Both the position numbers and the translations under genes were made by a program. DNA of 64,000 bases from the NCBI RefSeq assembly GCF_021869535.1, contig NW_026262730.1, forward strand, positions 558,001 through 622,000, read 5' to 3'. The DNA is from Mytilus californianus (taxonomy: Eukaryota). The notes under the pieces are model-generated. The model worked only from the letters and a program-made list of their open reading frames with translations. It ran no database searches and was not told the origin of the DNA. Below are positions 13,691 through 26,141 of the stretch, piece after piece; position 1 is the stretch's first letter; each line of letters begins with the position of its first letter.

Positions 13691-14803
13691 TCACTTCTCA
13701 GTGGCAATCTTCAAAAGACCTGCTAGAATCTGGTCCTCCATGCCTTTGAAAGCACCGCTAGAAGCAATCTCCTTCAGATAGTCGGCTCTACTCTTCCAAT
13801 CAGGCTGTGGCTGGCTCTTCTTGGAAACTATAAAGTCCTTATACTTCGTGGAAGCCGTCGATGTTCTGGCACGTACAGATCTTCTTGGTTCTATCCAAGG
13901 TGCTTCAATGTCCGGTTGAGGGACATTATCTACTGTTTCATCAACAGTGGTATCTTGCCCAGGTTCCTCTGTATCATCAGATAATGTAGTGTCAGCTACT
14001 TGATGATCGGTCTCTGACACTTCATCAAGCTCAAGTACTGGATCAACTGTATCACTCTCTTCAGATGGATGGTCGTCACCCTCAATTCCAGTATCTTGCT
14101 GTTCAGCAACGTGTTCCTGATCGTCATCAGCCTCGTCCTGAACGGTATCATCATCATCCTGAGTTTCTAACTCATCAATAGCACTGTGTGGAGCACTTAA
14201 GTCATCAACATCAGGTTCTCTAACCACATAAACCAAATAATCGTCATCACTTTCTTCGTCAGAACTTGTCAGAGTGCTATCATGAAGACTAGGCGTTGGT
14301 TGTGGATCTGTTTCTCTATTCTTCCTGGGTCTTAATCGTGGTGCAGGAGTAGGTCTAGGCTTCTCCTTTTCTTCCTCTTCATCGATGGAGACTGAACCAA
14401 TAGGCAAAAGAAGGTTCCTATGTAAGGTTATCTTTCTTCCATGTCCGTTTTCCTTCCTTACTATGAAGACTGAGATAGTTGAGTTAGGCTGATCTAATAT
14501 GACGTAGCTGTCATTCTCCCATTTATCAGATAGCTTGTGCTTCCCATCGAAACTCAGAATCTTTACGAGTACTCGGTCGCCTGGGTGTAATATGGCTCCA
14601 CGCACTTTGCTGTCATAATGTTTCTTCTGACGTCCTTGAGCTATCTTTGCTGAATTCGTAGCTAACGCATAAGATTTCTTCAGTCTTTCTTTTAAGTTTT
14701 CAATATACTTCGTATTTGTCTTCTGTTCTTTCGATGTTTCTAATCCTAGTGCAAGATCTATAGGCAGGCGTGGTTCTCTGCCAAACATCAGAGCAAATGG
14801 TGA
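13691..14803 (-). CDS. Gypsy integrase C-terminal fragment (end of core, GPY/F-type module, acidic tail)
   Basis: FSPFALMFGREPRLPIDL...YDSKVR...LHPGDRVLVK...KLSDKWE...LHRNLLLP. Uninterrupted over ~370 codons. The first ~28 codons of ORF 13691..14887 are LTR sequence. Confidence 0.9.
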   Translation of the reverse strand, partial: SPFALMFGREPRLPIDLALGLETSKEQKTNTKYIENLKERLKKSYALATNSAKIAQGRQKKHYDSKVRGAILHPGDRVLVKILSFDGKHKLSDKWENDSYVILDQPNSTISVFIVRKENGHGRKITLHRNLLLPIGSVSIDEEEEKEKPRPTPAPRLRPRKNRETDPQPTPSLHDSTLTSSDEESDDDYLVYVVREPDVDDLSAPHSAIDELETQDDDDTVQDEADDDQEHVAEQQDTGIEGDDHPSEESDTVDPVLELDEVSETDHQVADTTLSDDTEEPGQDTTVDETVDNVPQPDIEAPWIEPRRSVRARTSTASTKYKDFIVSKKSQPQPDWKSRADYLKEIASSGAFKGMEDQILAGLLKIATEK

Positions 14804-15589
14804 AAATGAAAGAATATAATTAATGGTGTCTCGGAATAACCTATAAACATAATAGATATATAAATGATTAATATGATAAAAATCCACACTATCACATCAA
14901 GATATTAGATAACGTGGTTTGCAGCGGTTGCTTCTAACAATAGCTTTTTTTTCCATTTTTTGGGGGTGTCATTTTTGGTGGGGATGTCTTTTTCTTTATT
15001 TTTTTCTTGAAATATTACAGTTGATAAATTATATGTTGGTGCATTGAAAGAGGGGTTCCTTTTTTAGTAGATTTGACTTACACAGTGTTAATGTATATCA
15101 ATTAATGACAAAAAATCCTGTTACGCATTTCCAAACCCAAAATAAAATAGTAGCCTATTTTGACACCAAAACAAGAAGGAATACTTGTAAACAAAAAATA
15201 AAAAGAACTGTAGCATAAATGTTGAGATGGTAGAACTGGGGAATGGGAAACTCTGACAAATATTTGAAAGACATTTGTTTTGTTTTTTTTTCAACTTGGC
15301 AGTTATTCGAACAGTCCCCAAGCATTTATGTTAATTACATTTGGTTATGAGAATGATGCAGCAGCATCATAAAACATTTACCGGACACTAAATGTGAAAA
15401 CACTGAAATCTTGTTAATTTAAAGTGGCGAATAACCTTAACATCACTGCAATAAATTTATTAACGTCCTTATCTCAAAAAAAGTAACTGTGATACTTTCC
15501 AATCTATTGAATTTGTATACGAAATGTTAGCTACAAATGATATCAAAGGACAAGGAAACTTATCCAAAATGTTCAGTTTCGATATCATG

Positions 15590-16200
15590 AATACTGTTGA
15601 TAATTATACACTTAGAGATCAATTATTTATATTTCTAAACATGGTATACACCAATTATTATGAAAACTTTAGTCTGGGAGATCATGATTTATTTATTAGT
15701 TTTAATTGGCTTTGAACTAGCTTTCAGTAACTGTGAGTACTCTTATTTTGGTCCTTTGTTTCTATTGTTTTTTATGCAAGTTGTTTTTGTACCTCGTATT
15801 GGTCTTTCGAGTTAAGCCATAGCTACTGATTCTTTACTGTTTTATCTATTGATGTACTGTTACACCACTGTTCCAGGGTAGGGGAAGGTTGAGCGTTCAC
15901 AAACATGTTAAACCCCGCCACATTATGTTGTGCATGTCCCAAGTCAGCAGCCTGTAGTTCAATGTGTTGTCCTTGGTTCATCTCTGGCATGTTTGTTTTT
16001 CGTAAATTGTTTTGTTATAAATTCGGTTGGTTTTTCTCAATTGAATTGTTTCACATTTTTCACGTTCGGGCCTTTAAAAGACGACTAAATATGGGTTTTA
16101 CTCAATGTCGAAGGCCGTACGATTGCCTTTAATTGCTTTCATCCGCTTAATTTGAACTCTGGTGGATAGAAGTCTAATGCCAATCAAACCCCAGTTCCTT
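15590..16200 (+). repeat. Interspersed repeat family (ggctttgaactagct...ttaaccccgcc...cccaagtcag); other copies ~8500-8870, 18620-19230, 39330-39860, 44690-45290
   Basis: The same motif blocks recur at five or more positions in the window with moderate divergence. Class not determined. Confidence 0.7.
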
Positions 16201-19200
16201 AATCGTATGTTGGTACAATACTAATATAAAAAATATAATAAATTACATTATATTTTAAGAATAGTGATACAATTCCGTTTTTTAGTCCAATATATGAATA
16301 TACGCAAAAAATTACAGCTTTTTGTCACAATAGGCTGTTCCCGCGTATCTTAAATCCTTATAATAATAAATGGCATTTTCTTCAAGTTAGATATTATAAA
16401 AAGTTATTGATTTTATGAACTTATTTAGTATATTGAAGGACTCTAAAATTTAAAACTGTGCACCTGCATGGTGGGTCAGGTTCCCTAATGCGTCTCAAAT
16501 TGAAGAACTCATATATAGTTCGTTAACAAAATATGTCTGTGAATAAAGGTGTAAAAACTATAATAGATAAAGAGACACTTTATGTTGCAAAAATGATTAA
16601 CAAGACAAGCTCTTCTAATAAGTGTAATTGTCGAAATTGTCAGTCGACTCCTAATTAGAGTTATTGCCCTTGGATGACGATTTTTATCAATTTTTGGCGT
16701 TTTTTCCTTATATCTTAGAAATTAAGATATATACATAGAAACTTAAATAAGCAAAAATGATTAGCAAGACAAGATCTACATTTAAGGCAATATGGGAGAA
16801 ATTTAACGACGAATCCTTATTGGAGTTATTGCCCTTGGATGACAATTTCTTTTGGGGAGTTGGTCTTGGTGTTTGATGTGGTCCGATGTATTGTCTCGTA
16901 TTTTTGGTGATTCATGCATTCTTTTTTATGAATTGTGTACGAAGCAATAAGTTAATGACAGCCTACAATCAATACATTGTTTGTAACCGTTCACGTGTTT
17001 CGTTTTTTCTTTTTCTTTATTTTTATTATTATCATTATCATAATAAATTGATGTAGACAAACATCTTATTGCAGATTTATCCCTTTATTCATGTCATTGC
17101 TATGGCCACTGTCTGTAGCTAAACTTCATTAAGAGACAACAAAACACTTCTTGTTAGTTTTTTATGAAAATATACTTGCAGATTTTCAGACGACATATTC
17201 TGAAAATAATCAAGATATTTTTTCTTAATTTACAAATGAAGTTTATCAACCTTAATTCATTCGCATAAAAATCGAACATGAACCATGAACTTTCTCACGT
17301 TAAGACCTTGGTATTAGAATAAAACATGGTTAACTTTATATTAGCATGTTGACAGACCAGGACAACTTATACTTTTCTATTTGTAGATTTTCCTATTTTT
17401 GATATTGATATTCTGTTTGCTCATCTTTATGGAGTGTACATTTCTTCGTTGGTCCGATATGCGTGTATTATTGCTGGATTTGATTTTCAAGACAGCATTA
17501 TAAAAAAACTTAGTTCAAATTCTGAACATATAACACGGCTTACACAAGATAACATGACAAGTCAATATATATGTAAGACTACAAAACACTAACGGAAATG
17601 TCACAGCAACGGCAATATGGTTATATTAAAACATTCATATAAGTCACCAAGATTTTTTTTTCGTCTAAAAATGAGATTGTTGCTACTAATGCATCTTTGC
17701 TATATGCAAAAAGACTTTATTGGGAGAACAGGCTTTATTTATTTTCTTATTTATTGCACTAAATTTTCAGTTTAAATCAAATTTGATTGAATATGTGGCC
17801 TTTTTGGGGTCATTTTAGTTCAATTTGATTAAACTTGCGAAATTCAATGGTGAAATCTACTCGTTTTTTTTTTAATTCAAACGAAATACTATTGAAAAAT
17901 ATACTCAAATATAATTTGCTTGATGGTAAGATATTAGATAACGTGGTTTGCAGCGGTTGCTTCTAACAATAGCTTTTTTTTTTCATTTTTTGGGGGTGTC
18001 TTTTTTGGTGGGGGTGTCTTTTTCTTTATTTTTTTCTTGAAATATTACAGTTGATAAATTATATGTTGGTGCATTGAAAGAGGGGTTCCTGTTTTAGTAG
18101 ATTTGACTTACACAGTGTTAATTTATATCAATTAATGACAAAAAATCCTGTTACGCATTTCCAAACCCAAAATAAAATAGTAGCCTATTTTGACACCAAA
18201 ACATGAAGGAATACTTGTAAACAAAAAATAAAAAGAACTGTAGCATAAATGTTGAGGTGGTAGAACTGGGGAATGGGAAACTCTGACAAATATTTGAAAG
18301 ACATTTGTTTTTTTTTTTTTTTTCAACTTGGCAGTTATTCGAACAGTCCCCAAGCATTTATGTTAATTACATTTGGTTATGAGAATGATGCAGCAGCATC
18401 ATAAAACATTTACCGGACACTAAATGTGAAAACACTGAAATCTTGTTAATTTAAAGTGGCGAATAACTTAACATCACTGCAATAAATTTAGTAACGTCCT
18501 TATCTCAAAAAAAAGTAACTGTGATACTTTCCAATCTATTGAATTTGTATACGAAATGTTAGCTACAAATGATATCAAAGGACAAGGAAACTTATCCAAA
18601 ATGTTCAGTTTCGATATCATGAATACTGTTGATAATTATACACTTAGAGATCAATTATTTATATTTCTAAACATGGTATACACCAATTATTATGAAAACT
18701 TTAGTCTGGGAGAACATGATTTATTTATTAGTTTTAATTGGCTTTGAACTAGCTTTCAGTAACTGTGAGTACTCTTATTTTGGTCCTTTGTTTCTATTGT
18801 TTTTTATGCAAGTTGTTTTTGTACCTCGTATTGGTCTTTCGAGTTAAGCCATAGCTACTGATTCTTTACTGTTTTATCTATTGATGTACTGTTACACCAC
18901 TGTTCCAGGGTAGGGGAAGGTTGAGCGTTCACAAACATGTTAAACCCCGCCACATTATGTTGTGCATGTCCCAAGTCAGCAGCCTGTAGTTCAATGTGTT
19001 GTCCTTGGTTCATCTCTGGCATGTTTGTTTTTCGTAAATTGTTTTGTTATAAATTCGGTTGGTTTTTCTCATTTGAAATGTTTCACATTTTTCACGTTCG
19101 GGCCTTTAAAAGACGACTAAATATGGGTTTTACTCAATGTCGAAGGCCGTACGATTGCCTTTAATTGCTTTCATCCGCTTAATTTGAACTCTGGTGGATA

Positions 19201-19589
19201 GAAGTCTAATGCCAATCAAACCCCAGTTCCTTAATCGTATGTTGGTACAATACTAATATAAAAAATATAATAAATTACATTATATTTTAAGAATAGTGAT
19301 ACAATTCCGTTTTTTAGTTCACTATATGAATATACGCAAAAAATTACAGCTTTTTGTCACAATAGGCTGTTCCCGCGTATCTTAAATCCTTATAATAATA
19401 AATGGCATTTTCTTCAAGTTTGATATTATAAAAAGTTATTGATTTTATGAACTTATTTAGTATATTGAAGGACTCTAAAATTTAAAACTGTGCACCTGCA
19501 TGGTGGGTCAGGTTCCCTAATGCGTCTCAAATTGAAGAACTCATATATAGTTCGTTAACAAAATATGTCTGTGAATAAAGGTGTAAAAA

Positions 19590-20045
19590 CTATAATAGAT
19601 AAAGAGACACTTTATGTTGCAAAAATGATTAACAAGACAAGCTCTTCTAATAAGTGTAAATGTCGAAATTGTCAGTCGACTCCTAATTAGAGTTATTGCC
19701 CTTGGATGACGATTTTTATCAATTTTTGGCGTTTTTTCCTTATATCTTAGAAATTAAGATATATACATAGAAACTTAAATAAGCAAAAATGATTAGCAAG
19801 ACAAGATCTACATTTAAGGCAATATGGGAGAAATTTAACGACGAATCCTTATTGGAGTTATTGCCCTTGGATGACAATTTTTACCTTTTTTTTTTGCGTC
19901 TTTGCCTTATATCTTTAAAAATGAAATAGATAGATAGAAACTTAAATAAGCAAAAATGATCAACAAGGCAAGATCCACAAACAAGCAAAATGTTGCCGAT
20001 AAAGATAGTAGACTATCACTCTTCACAGGAGTGATTGCCCTTAAA
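19590..20045. repeat. ~165-174-bp tandem repeat (gagttattgcccttggatgac units); truncated duplicate at ~16560-16848
   Basis: Motif at 19693, 19858 and 20032, and at 16661 and 16826. The duplication breakpoint falls inside the array. Confidence 0.75.
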
Positions 20046-21228
20046 TCAGGATTTGTTTTAACTTCTTTGTGTTTTGAGTAAAAACTAATGAAGATAGAGA
20101 GAAACTAATTATATGTAAACAGACAAAATGATCAGCAATACAAGATCAACAAAAGAGAAATTTTTGTCATGAATTCTATTCTTGTCTACAATGTTGGAGA
20201 GAGTCCATTGTTGAATATGCACATAGACCTAAGTGAGCGACACGGGCTCTTTAGAGCCACTAATTTAAGTGAGAAACAATTAAACAATTAAAGATGTAAC
20301 TATAGCAATCGTTAAGTAGTTGACCTTTATGTCGAGTACGTTTTAGCACATTGATGTGTTTCGTACTACTTACATTTCATATTTGTACGAAATCAAACAT
20401 TTATCGTTTTTCCTATAGATAAATTGAAATCGAAAATTATGAATCAAGTATATACGTCATATTCCGTAGTCTTTATTATGAATTTTCCAATTACCTAATG
20501 GACGAGTTAAAAAACAATACGGGTCTACCTATACTATTTAATGACGCATGAAATTTATAACGTGTTGTTTCATTTTTTCAGTTTTCTGTTCATGCCTCTA
20601 TTACTTTAATGATATGTAAAGTAATTGTTGAGGCAATTCTTTGGCAACACGGGATGTCCGGAGTTGTAAATTATCAACCAAATACGTTTTTGTTATATTG
20701 TTGACAAAACATTTAAGGACAACTAAAGGAATAAAGTTAAATGTAAACCAATGGCTGACCACTGTTTTATATTTTATAATATAATTATGCAGTCAATTGT
20801 ATATCTTTTATCGAAAAATAACATGATTTGTATCATCATAATGGTTTCTTTTTTAGACGATAATCGGTATTTGTTTGGAGAGTTTTGATATTTTGAGAGC
20901 TTTGAACATGATTTGCTCCCATTGTTTATGGACCTGTTCCTTACTTCTCTTCTGCAATTAGTACAACTTACTTGCAATATTAAATTCCAAATTTAAATCA
21001 TTATAAAATCGTATCTATTTTATAGGGATGTCTGACAAGAATTTTTGCAAATATTGAAAATGACCTTTTTACTTTTGATGTGTATGTATGTTAACTATCG
21101 AGAGATATATTTAGCAAATTCTGCTGTGTCCAACTGGCGACCTGGATAAAATTAACATTTACATACAGTGAGTGAATATCATTAATTGAGTTTCATACAT
21201 TATATTAATTGAACGAATAATATGTTAC

Positions 21229-21597
21229 CTCTTAGGGAAATACTTGTATGATTTGATTCCTTGCTATTTGATGTAGAACCTGACTTCACAAAAAATATTT
21301 TACATTCATATTCTCGATTATCTTCACATTTAAGTTCATTAAATATGACAGTCGCTTTCCTTGAACTAATTTTTAGCTTTGTCACGTCAACTTGGGTTTA
21401 TAAATTTTCCTCTGCTGGAAATGTTACATTCCTATCTGGTTCAATCGATATGATATTTTGAAATTTTTCTGTTTGATTTGTAGCAAAAAATTGTAATAAA
21501 TATATACGAACATCAAAATAGCATTCCAACTTTGTGTTGTTTTTTCCTAGAAAATCTGTTCCGTTTCCATTCATGTACACATTTGCTGCATGGATTT
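21229..21597 (-). pseudogene. Exon 2: V-type Ig domain with internal TAA
   Basis: Acceptor tttcttttacag, donor GTAACA, 369 nt. Joins ORF-track fragments 21398..21580 and 21200..21385 in one frame: ...TKLECYF...EENL*TQVDVTKL...NELKCEDNREYECKI... (B-strand Cys and D-x-x-x-Y-x-C F-strand motif). Confidence 0.85.
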
Positions 21598-24469
21598 CTG
21601 TAAAAGAAATAATGTCAATTTTCTGAATTTTACTGACGTTAATATTAATATACTGGTATCTGAAAATTATTCTGCTGATTACAATGCATTTTTATTGTTT
21701 GTATGTAAAAGAGGCAGTTTTATTGGACGTAAATTTGAAATATAATTCGGGGGAACATTCACTACATTTTGGTCAGAATGACCCAAACGTATTTTTTAAC
21801 AACACCACAACAGACTATTGGTTTTAAATAAGATATCCCTGTGTACACATGTCGCTAATTAGTTGAGATATAACTAAAAACAAAGAAACTGTTTTTCCTG
21901 CAGTAGTTTTGGTGTGTTTGTAGTAAATTTGAACTCTTCCCTAGAAACTGTGAGCTTAAATTAAATAGGGATCTTATATCTCAGTTAGGCTGCAATCCGA
22001 TTTGAAGTATTTGATTTATAATCAGAAACTTAGCAATACGGCCTCATGAAAGGATCAAAGACAATCAAAAAGTATATAACCTTGTCCAGCTATCTTAGGG
22101 TATATCATTTTTTTCTCACATGCCAAAAAATAAAAACAGCGGAAACCAGGCTTAAGCTAGATTTCATTGCATCTTCTATTTAAAAAATGTGGGAGATAGA
22201 TATTTATATTTTTTAAATTACAATGTATACTTGAATGCAGACATGCTGAATCGACTAACCGACAAGTTTGTCCAATCGACACATTCTGTCTTGCCCGGTT
22301 TGGAGTACATGTGATCATAGAAATTTTCTAATGACATATATTTAAAATGATATGACAAGTTTTGAACATCTTCAAATTACTGCTTCCCTGCTTTCTTTAT
22401 CGGCATTATCTTTGGCATTCAATATTAAATGAACGTGTTTACAAATCGATAACATATTCTGTAACATGAACAAATTAGATGTGAGTATATACCACTTGGA
22501 TAAGCCCCTTCAACAAAATATCATATGAATAATTCTTACATTAGGAATGAATACAGGGGTTAAGTGTAAGATCAATTAAAGGGCAGCAAAATGCAGTCTT
22601 CAACAGTAGACATGTGTCATATAATTGCATTTATAAGATGCATTCTGTCCACAATCACCTTGATAAAATGATGAAACGATAACTATATTTCCAGTTCTAA
22701 GTTTTGGATTTTTGTTTTATTGTATCGGATTTTCAAATGATTTGACCTTGTGCATCACTGAGGAAAAATTAGTTGTTGAAATGCATATCTGGTGAGGTAA
22801 AATCTGTATCGTTAATGTTATCAAAATGATTGACCTGGAATAAAATAAAATTTATAAAATAATTAGGTACTTTATTAAAAGATTTCAGCTAGAAACCTTT
22901 ATGAACTTCATGATACCATATCAATTCCATGTTATTTATATTGTTTGTATTGCGTGATCAATTGCATATTGAATGAATTTTACGTTAATCTTTGAAGGTA
23001 AAATATGTAAACATGCACAAAATGAGTTTGTGCCCAACAAAAATATAATGAACATATGAATCAAAATTGCAATGACAGTTCTGTCATGACAAGTATTCAC
23101 CCAACAAGAATAATAACAGTAGATACAGAAACTATAGTGCTCCTATAAAACAAGGCACAACTCAGATTTTTGATAAACATACAAAAACGAAATTATGAAC
23201 ATGTAAGTAACAATGGTCAAATCCCTTTGGTTTGTACTTGAATTGCTACAGCAAAGTCCGCTCGAAAAATGCTTTGGATGCTAAGTCAATGCCCAACTAC
23301 TCGAACTTGCCACTTGTCATTACTCAAATTTATATATTTTACGTGAGTATTTTATACGAGTTCATTGAATTCTTGTATGCTTGTTTGTTAGTCTTTTTTA
23401 TCTAGTTGAATAATACTTCTGTATACAATTCACATATCATTATATAAATGGCCGGTATATTTAAGATAGTTACTCAGAAATCTGAATCTAGATCAACTAA
23501 TAACTGATTATTATATTCGATCTTCGATCTTCGATGGTATATATCGCAGTAAACATTGCGAATTGATTCTTAACCACTTGGAGGTCTTGTTTTATGTTTA
23601 TCTATATGTTTTTGTTAGCAAGGACCCGTGTAATTTTGCAGTAAATGTAAACTATTATTTTGAATAATGTTGCAAGATTTTGTGCACATTTTTTAAATCC
23701 AGACTTTTAGGCCTACCCTTAGTAAGGCTTTCGATAACCTTGCATCTGTGCATGTTCATCAAGATAGCTTACCAGTATTTTGTTTTATCTCAAATCATAT
23801 TAAACCAACTCCTCTTTCCCTTCCCGACGAAATTTAATACAATTTCGTTTATAGAAAAATATTTGTTTATTCGTTTTTCTACTAAGCTGTAATTCAGCTT
23901 GAAATCTGCGTAATGTGAGCATTACTAGTATCTCGCATATACTTAATGTGTTTTTCGATTTGAATATGTGAGTACCTTGAGTTTCCATATAATTCAATGT
24001 CAAAAACACTTTTTCGACAGTAGGTTTTGAGCTTTCATGAGCCCATAATTTTTTTCATTAGTTTGATTGCTTACTTTAAAATTCCATTATACTAAAGAAC
24101 GAACTATCCGGATTTTCAGGAGAGTCCAAAACTGAAAAGTTTATATTTATTGAACTGTCAGATTTTCAATGTATAGAATATCCCGAGGGCACAATCTCTC
24201 AAAGTTCTTTTTAAGCACTTCCGCTGGTCGTTTAAACTGCCAGCAAACTGATGTATTATTTTAAGCGAAGTGAAGAAAAACAAACAACTTTTCGCACGTG
24301 TGCGGAATACATTCTTGTAAACTTTACAAAATGTTTTTCTTACATAAATAACCTTGAACAACGTACGTTAAAATTGCAGTGAAAATAGTTGTTTGAAATT
24401 TTGAAATGTTTTTGTTTTCTGATTCTGACTTGTTGCAAGAGTCGGAAATTGCCATTGTTATAGCCTAGA

Positions 24470-24880
24470 CATATGATAATAAACTCAATATAGATACCAG
24501 GCTTAAACATTTGATTGCTTGACGCGCGTTTCGTTTACAAAAGATTCATCGGTGACGGTCGAATCAAGGAATTTTGAATGGCAAAATAAAGATTGAATTT
24601 CGTGAGCATTGAGAACCCAAAATTTCACAAAGCAAAGTTAATCTATTCCTGTGGTAGAAATTTTTCAGTGTTTCAAAGTTTTGTAAACGTCATTTTATGA
24701 ATGATAATGGCAAAACAGAGTCCTAACTAATGGGCTGTTGATTTCCTCGATGGAAAACATTTAACGGCAGTTACATCAACCCAGTGGAAGTAGCTAAACT
24801 CATGATAGATACCAGACTTAACATTGTGTACACCAGACGCGCGTTTCGTCTATAAAAGACTAATCCGGGTTGCTCAATAT
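24470..24880 (-). mobile_element. Two tandem Penelope-type repeats, each with a degenerate minimal hammerhead motif
   Basis: Minus strand CCGATGA-ATCTTTTGTAAAC-GAAACGCGCGTC (24515-24556) and CGGATTA-GTCTTTTATAGAC-GAAACGCGCGTC (24831-24872), ~315 bp apart with shared flanks (tagatacca). Confidence 0.65.
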
Positions 24881-25548
24881 GAAAGTATATTTTTAAAATA
24901 TTGTCTTTGTCACGTTTCTTTTTTGTTTTTGTTCGAACTCTTCACAAGTCAACTCAGAGCAACTAAATTTCTAAATATGAGATGGACCTCATACTTTGTA
25001 CACAACAATCTATTCATACACAAAACTGATAATATTTTATTAGTATGCACCTAAGCTAATGATTACAGCACAAAAAAAATATTGGATTTTATCTAAATTC
25101 ATTTTATTTCTAAGTGTCACATGTTCACCACGTCGTCCTTCAGTTGACCCACTCATTGTACTATATTAAGGAATAGCAGTATTTTAGTTGAAGTGTTGTC
25201 GCCGTTAATCGAGGACTTTGTGGCCGGCAATTCAATTTTACTAACGTCATGCGAATGAAACGTTCGAACTAAAGGTTATGCATTACACTCCAAATTTAGA
25301 TTACTCATCATTAAAAGCTGTTTAAGGTATGTGTTACACTGTTGCACCGAAATTGCATTAGACTATTTCGAATCTGTATATGGAATTGTCATCCATGTGA
25401 AAGATAGAAAATAACTAAGATCGTGTAGATGTTAGAGATATTTAATTTGGGCATGTCAAAACAATGGGTAGGAAGACTTTTTCTTCATCGACAAAAACAT
25501 GTTAAAGAACCGATCTGAGCAGAAAACAACAATACTTTTCGGAAATTA

Positions 25549-26141
25549 GATAGCACTCCACAGTTAGAAAATAAAATTAAAATTGAACCACATAATGTTT
25601 AATCATCTCCTATTCCTGGCTTTCTAATACATTAAGCCAACAGTGAACTGTTTGTGTCATACATGTGCATGTGCATGTAATCAGTATCTTCCATAGATTT
25701 GATTTTCAAAAGTTAAAATGGTGAAGTATAATTTCTTTTTTGTATATCCATGGCAACATTCTGCATTTATTTGCCATAAATAATGCAAAAAGGGACATGA
25801 AAATGTCACATATTCCCTCAAAATTTAGTTCAAACCAGAATTTCAATCCCTTTGAGTGATACCTTTTCCGAAACTTTTGACATTAATCTATCAAATGATC
25901 AAATAAAAATTGGGCGTCTTTCGCCTCCTTTTATCGTAAAATTTAATTACCAAGTTCTTGTGACAAAAAGTTGGAAAAAAACATAACAATAATTTCCGGA
26001 CCAATGTCTGGAATGGATATGAATATACGGACTGTCATACAGAAAACAGCCATATGAATTTTATTGCACACTAGCTTTCATATTTGAAAAATCCACAGGG
26101 GTCAAAATGGTAAACTACACATTTAGCTGTGGAGTGCTACC
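25549..26141. mobile_element. Non-autonomous TIR element, Kolobok-like (TTAA target, RR termini)
   Basis: Left TIR gatagcactccacag matches the reverse complement of right ctgtggagtgctacc at 14/15. The right end is followed by TTAA and the left is preceded by atta. Confidence 0.6.

Larger units (their letters stand above)
12060..14896 (-). mobile_element. Internally deleted Ty3/Gypsy LTR retrotransposon
   Basis: TG...CA ends. A 93-bp 5' LTR stub (14804-14896) is identical to 13488-13580. Also present: integrase C-terminal ORF, polypurine tract and full 3' LTR. Boundaries are fixed by the empty site in the paralogous copy (~17921-17940). Confidence 0.92.
10980..19880. repeat. Head-to-tail tandem duplication, ~3.03-kb unit (10980-16848 including an LTR insertion / 16854-19880), in intron 2
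   Basis: Copies are ~99% identical by eye outside the 12060-14898 insertion. The junction carries a 5-nt ctttt linker. Confidence 0.95.

Noticed and set aside
15121-19164. Paired 63-75-aa ORFs as a duplicated small-gene cluster
   Set aside because: They recur only because of the 3-kb duplication, overlap interspersed repeats, and show no domain or splice support. The same holds for most short ORFs in the track.
484-21597. Stop-codon readthrough, an alternative genetic code or A-to-I editing rescuing the three stops
   Set aside because: All three stop types occur, other ORFs end in standard stops, and Trp or readthrough at these positions has no support. Simple nonsense mutation is more parsimonious.
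23240-23345. Plus-strand exon-like stretch ending in GTGAGT
   Set aside because: No convincing acceptor or start codon, no partner exons, and no recognisable product.
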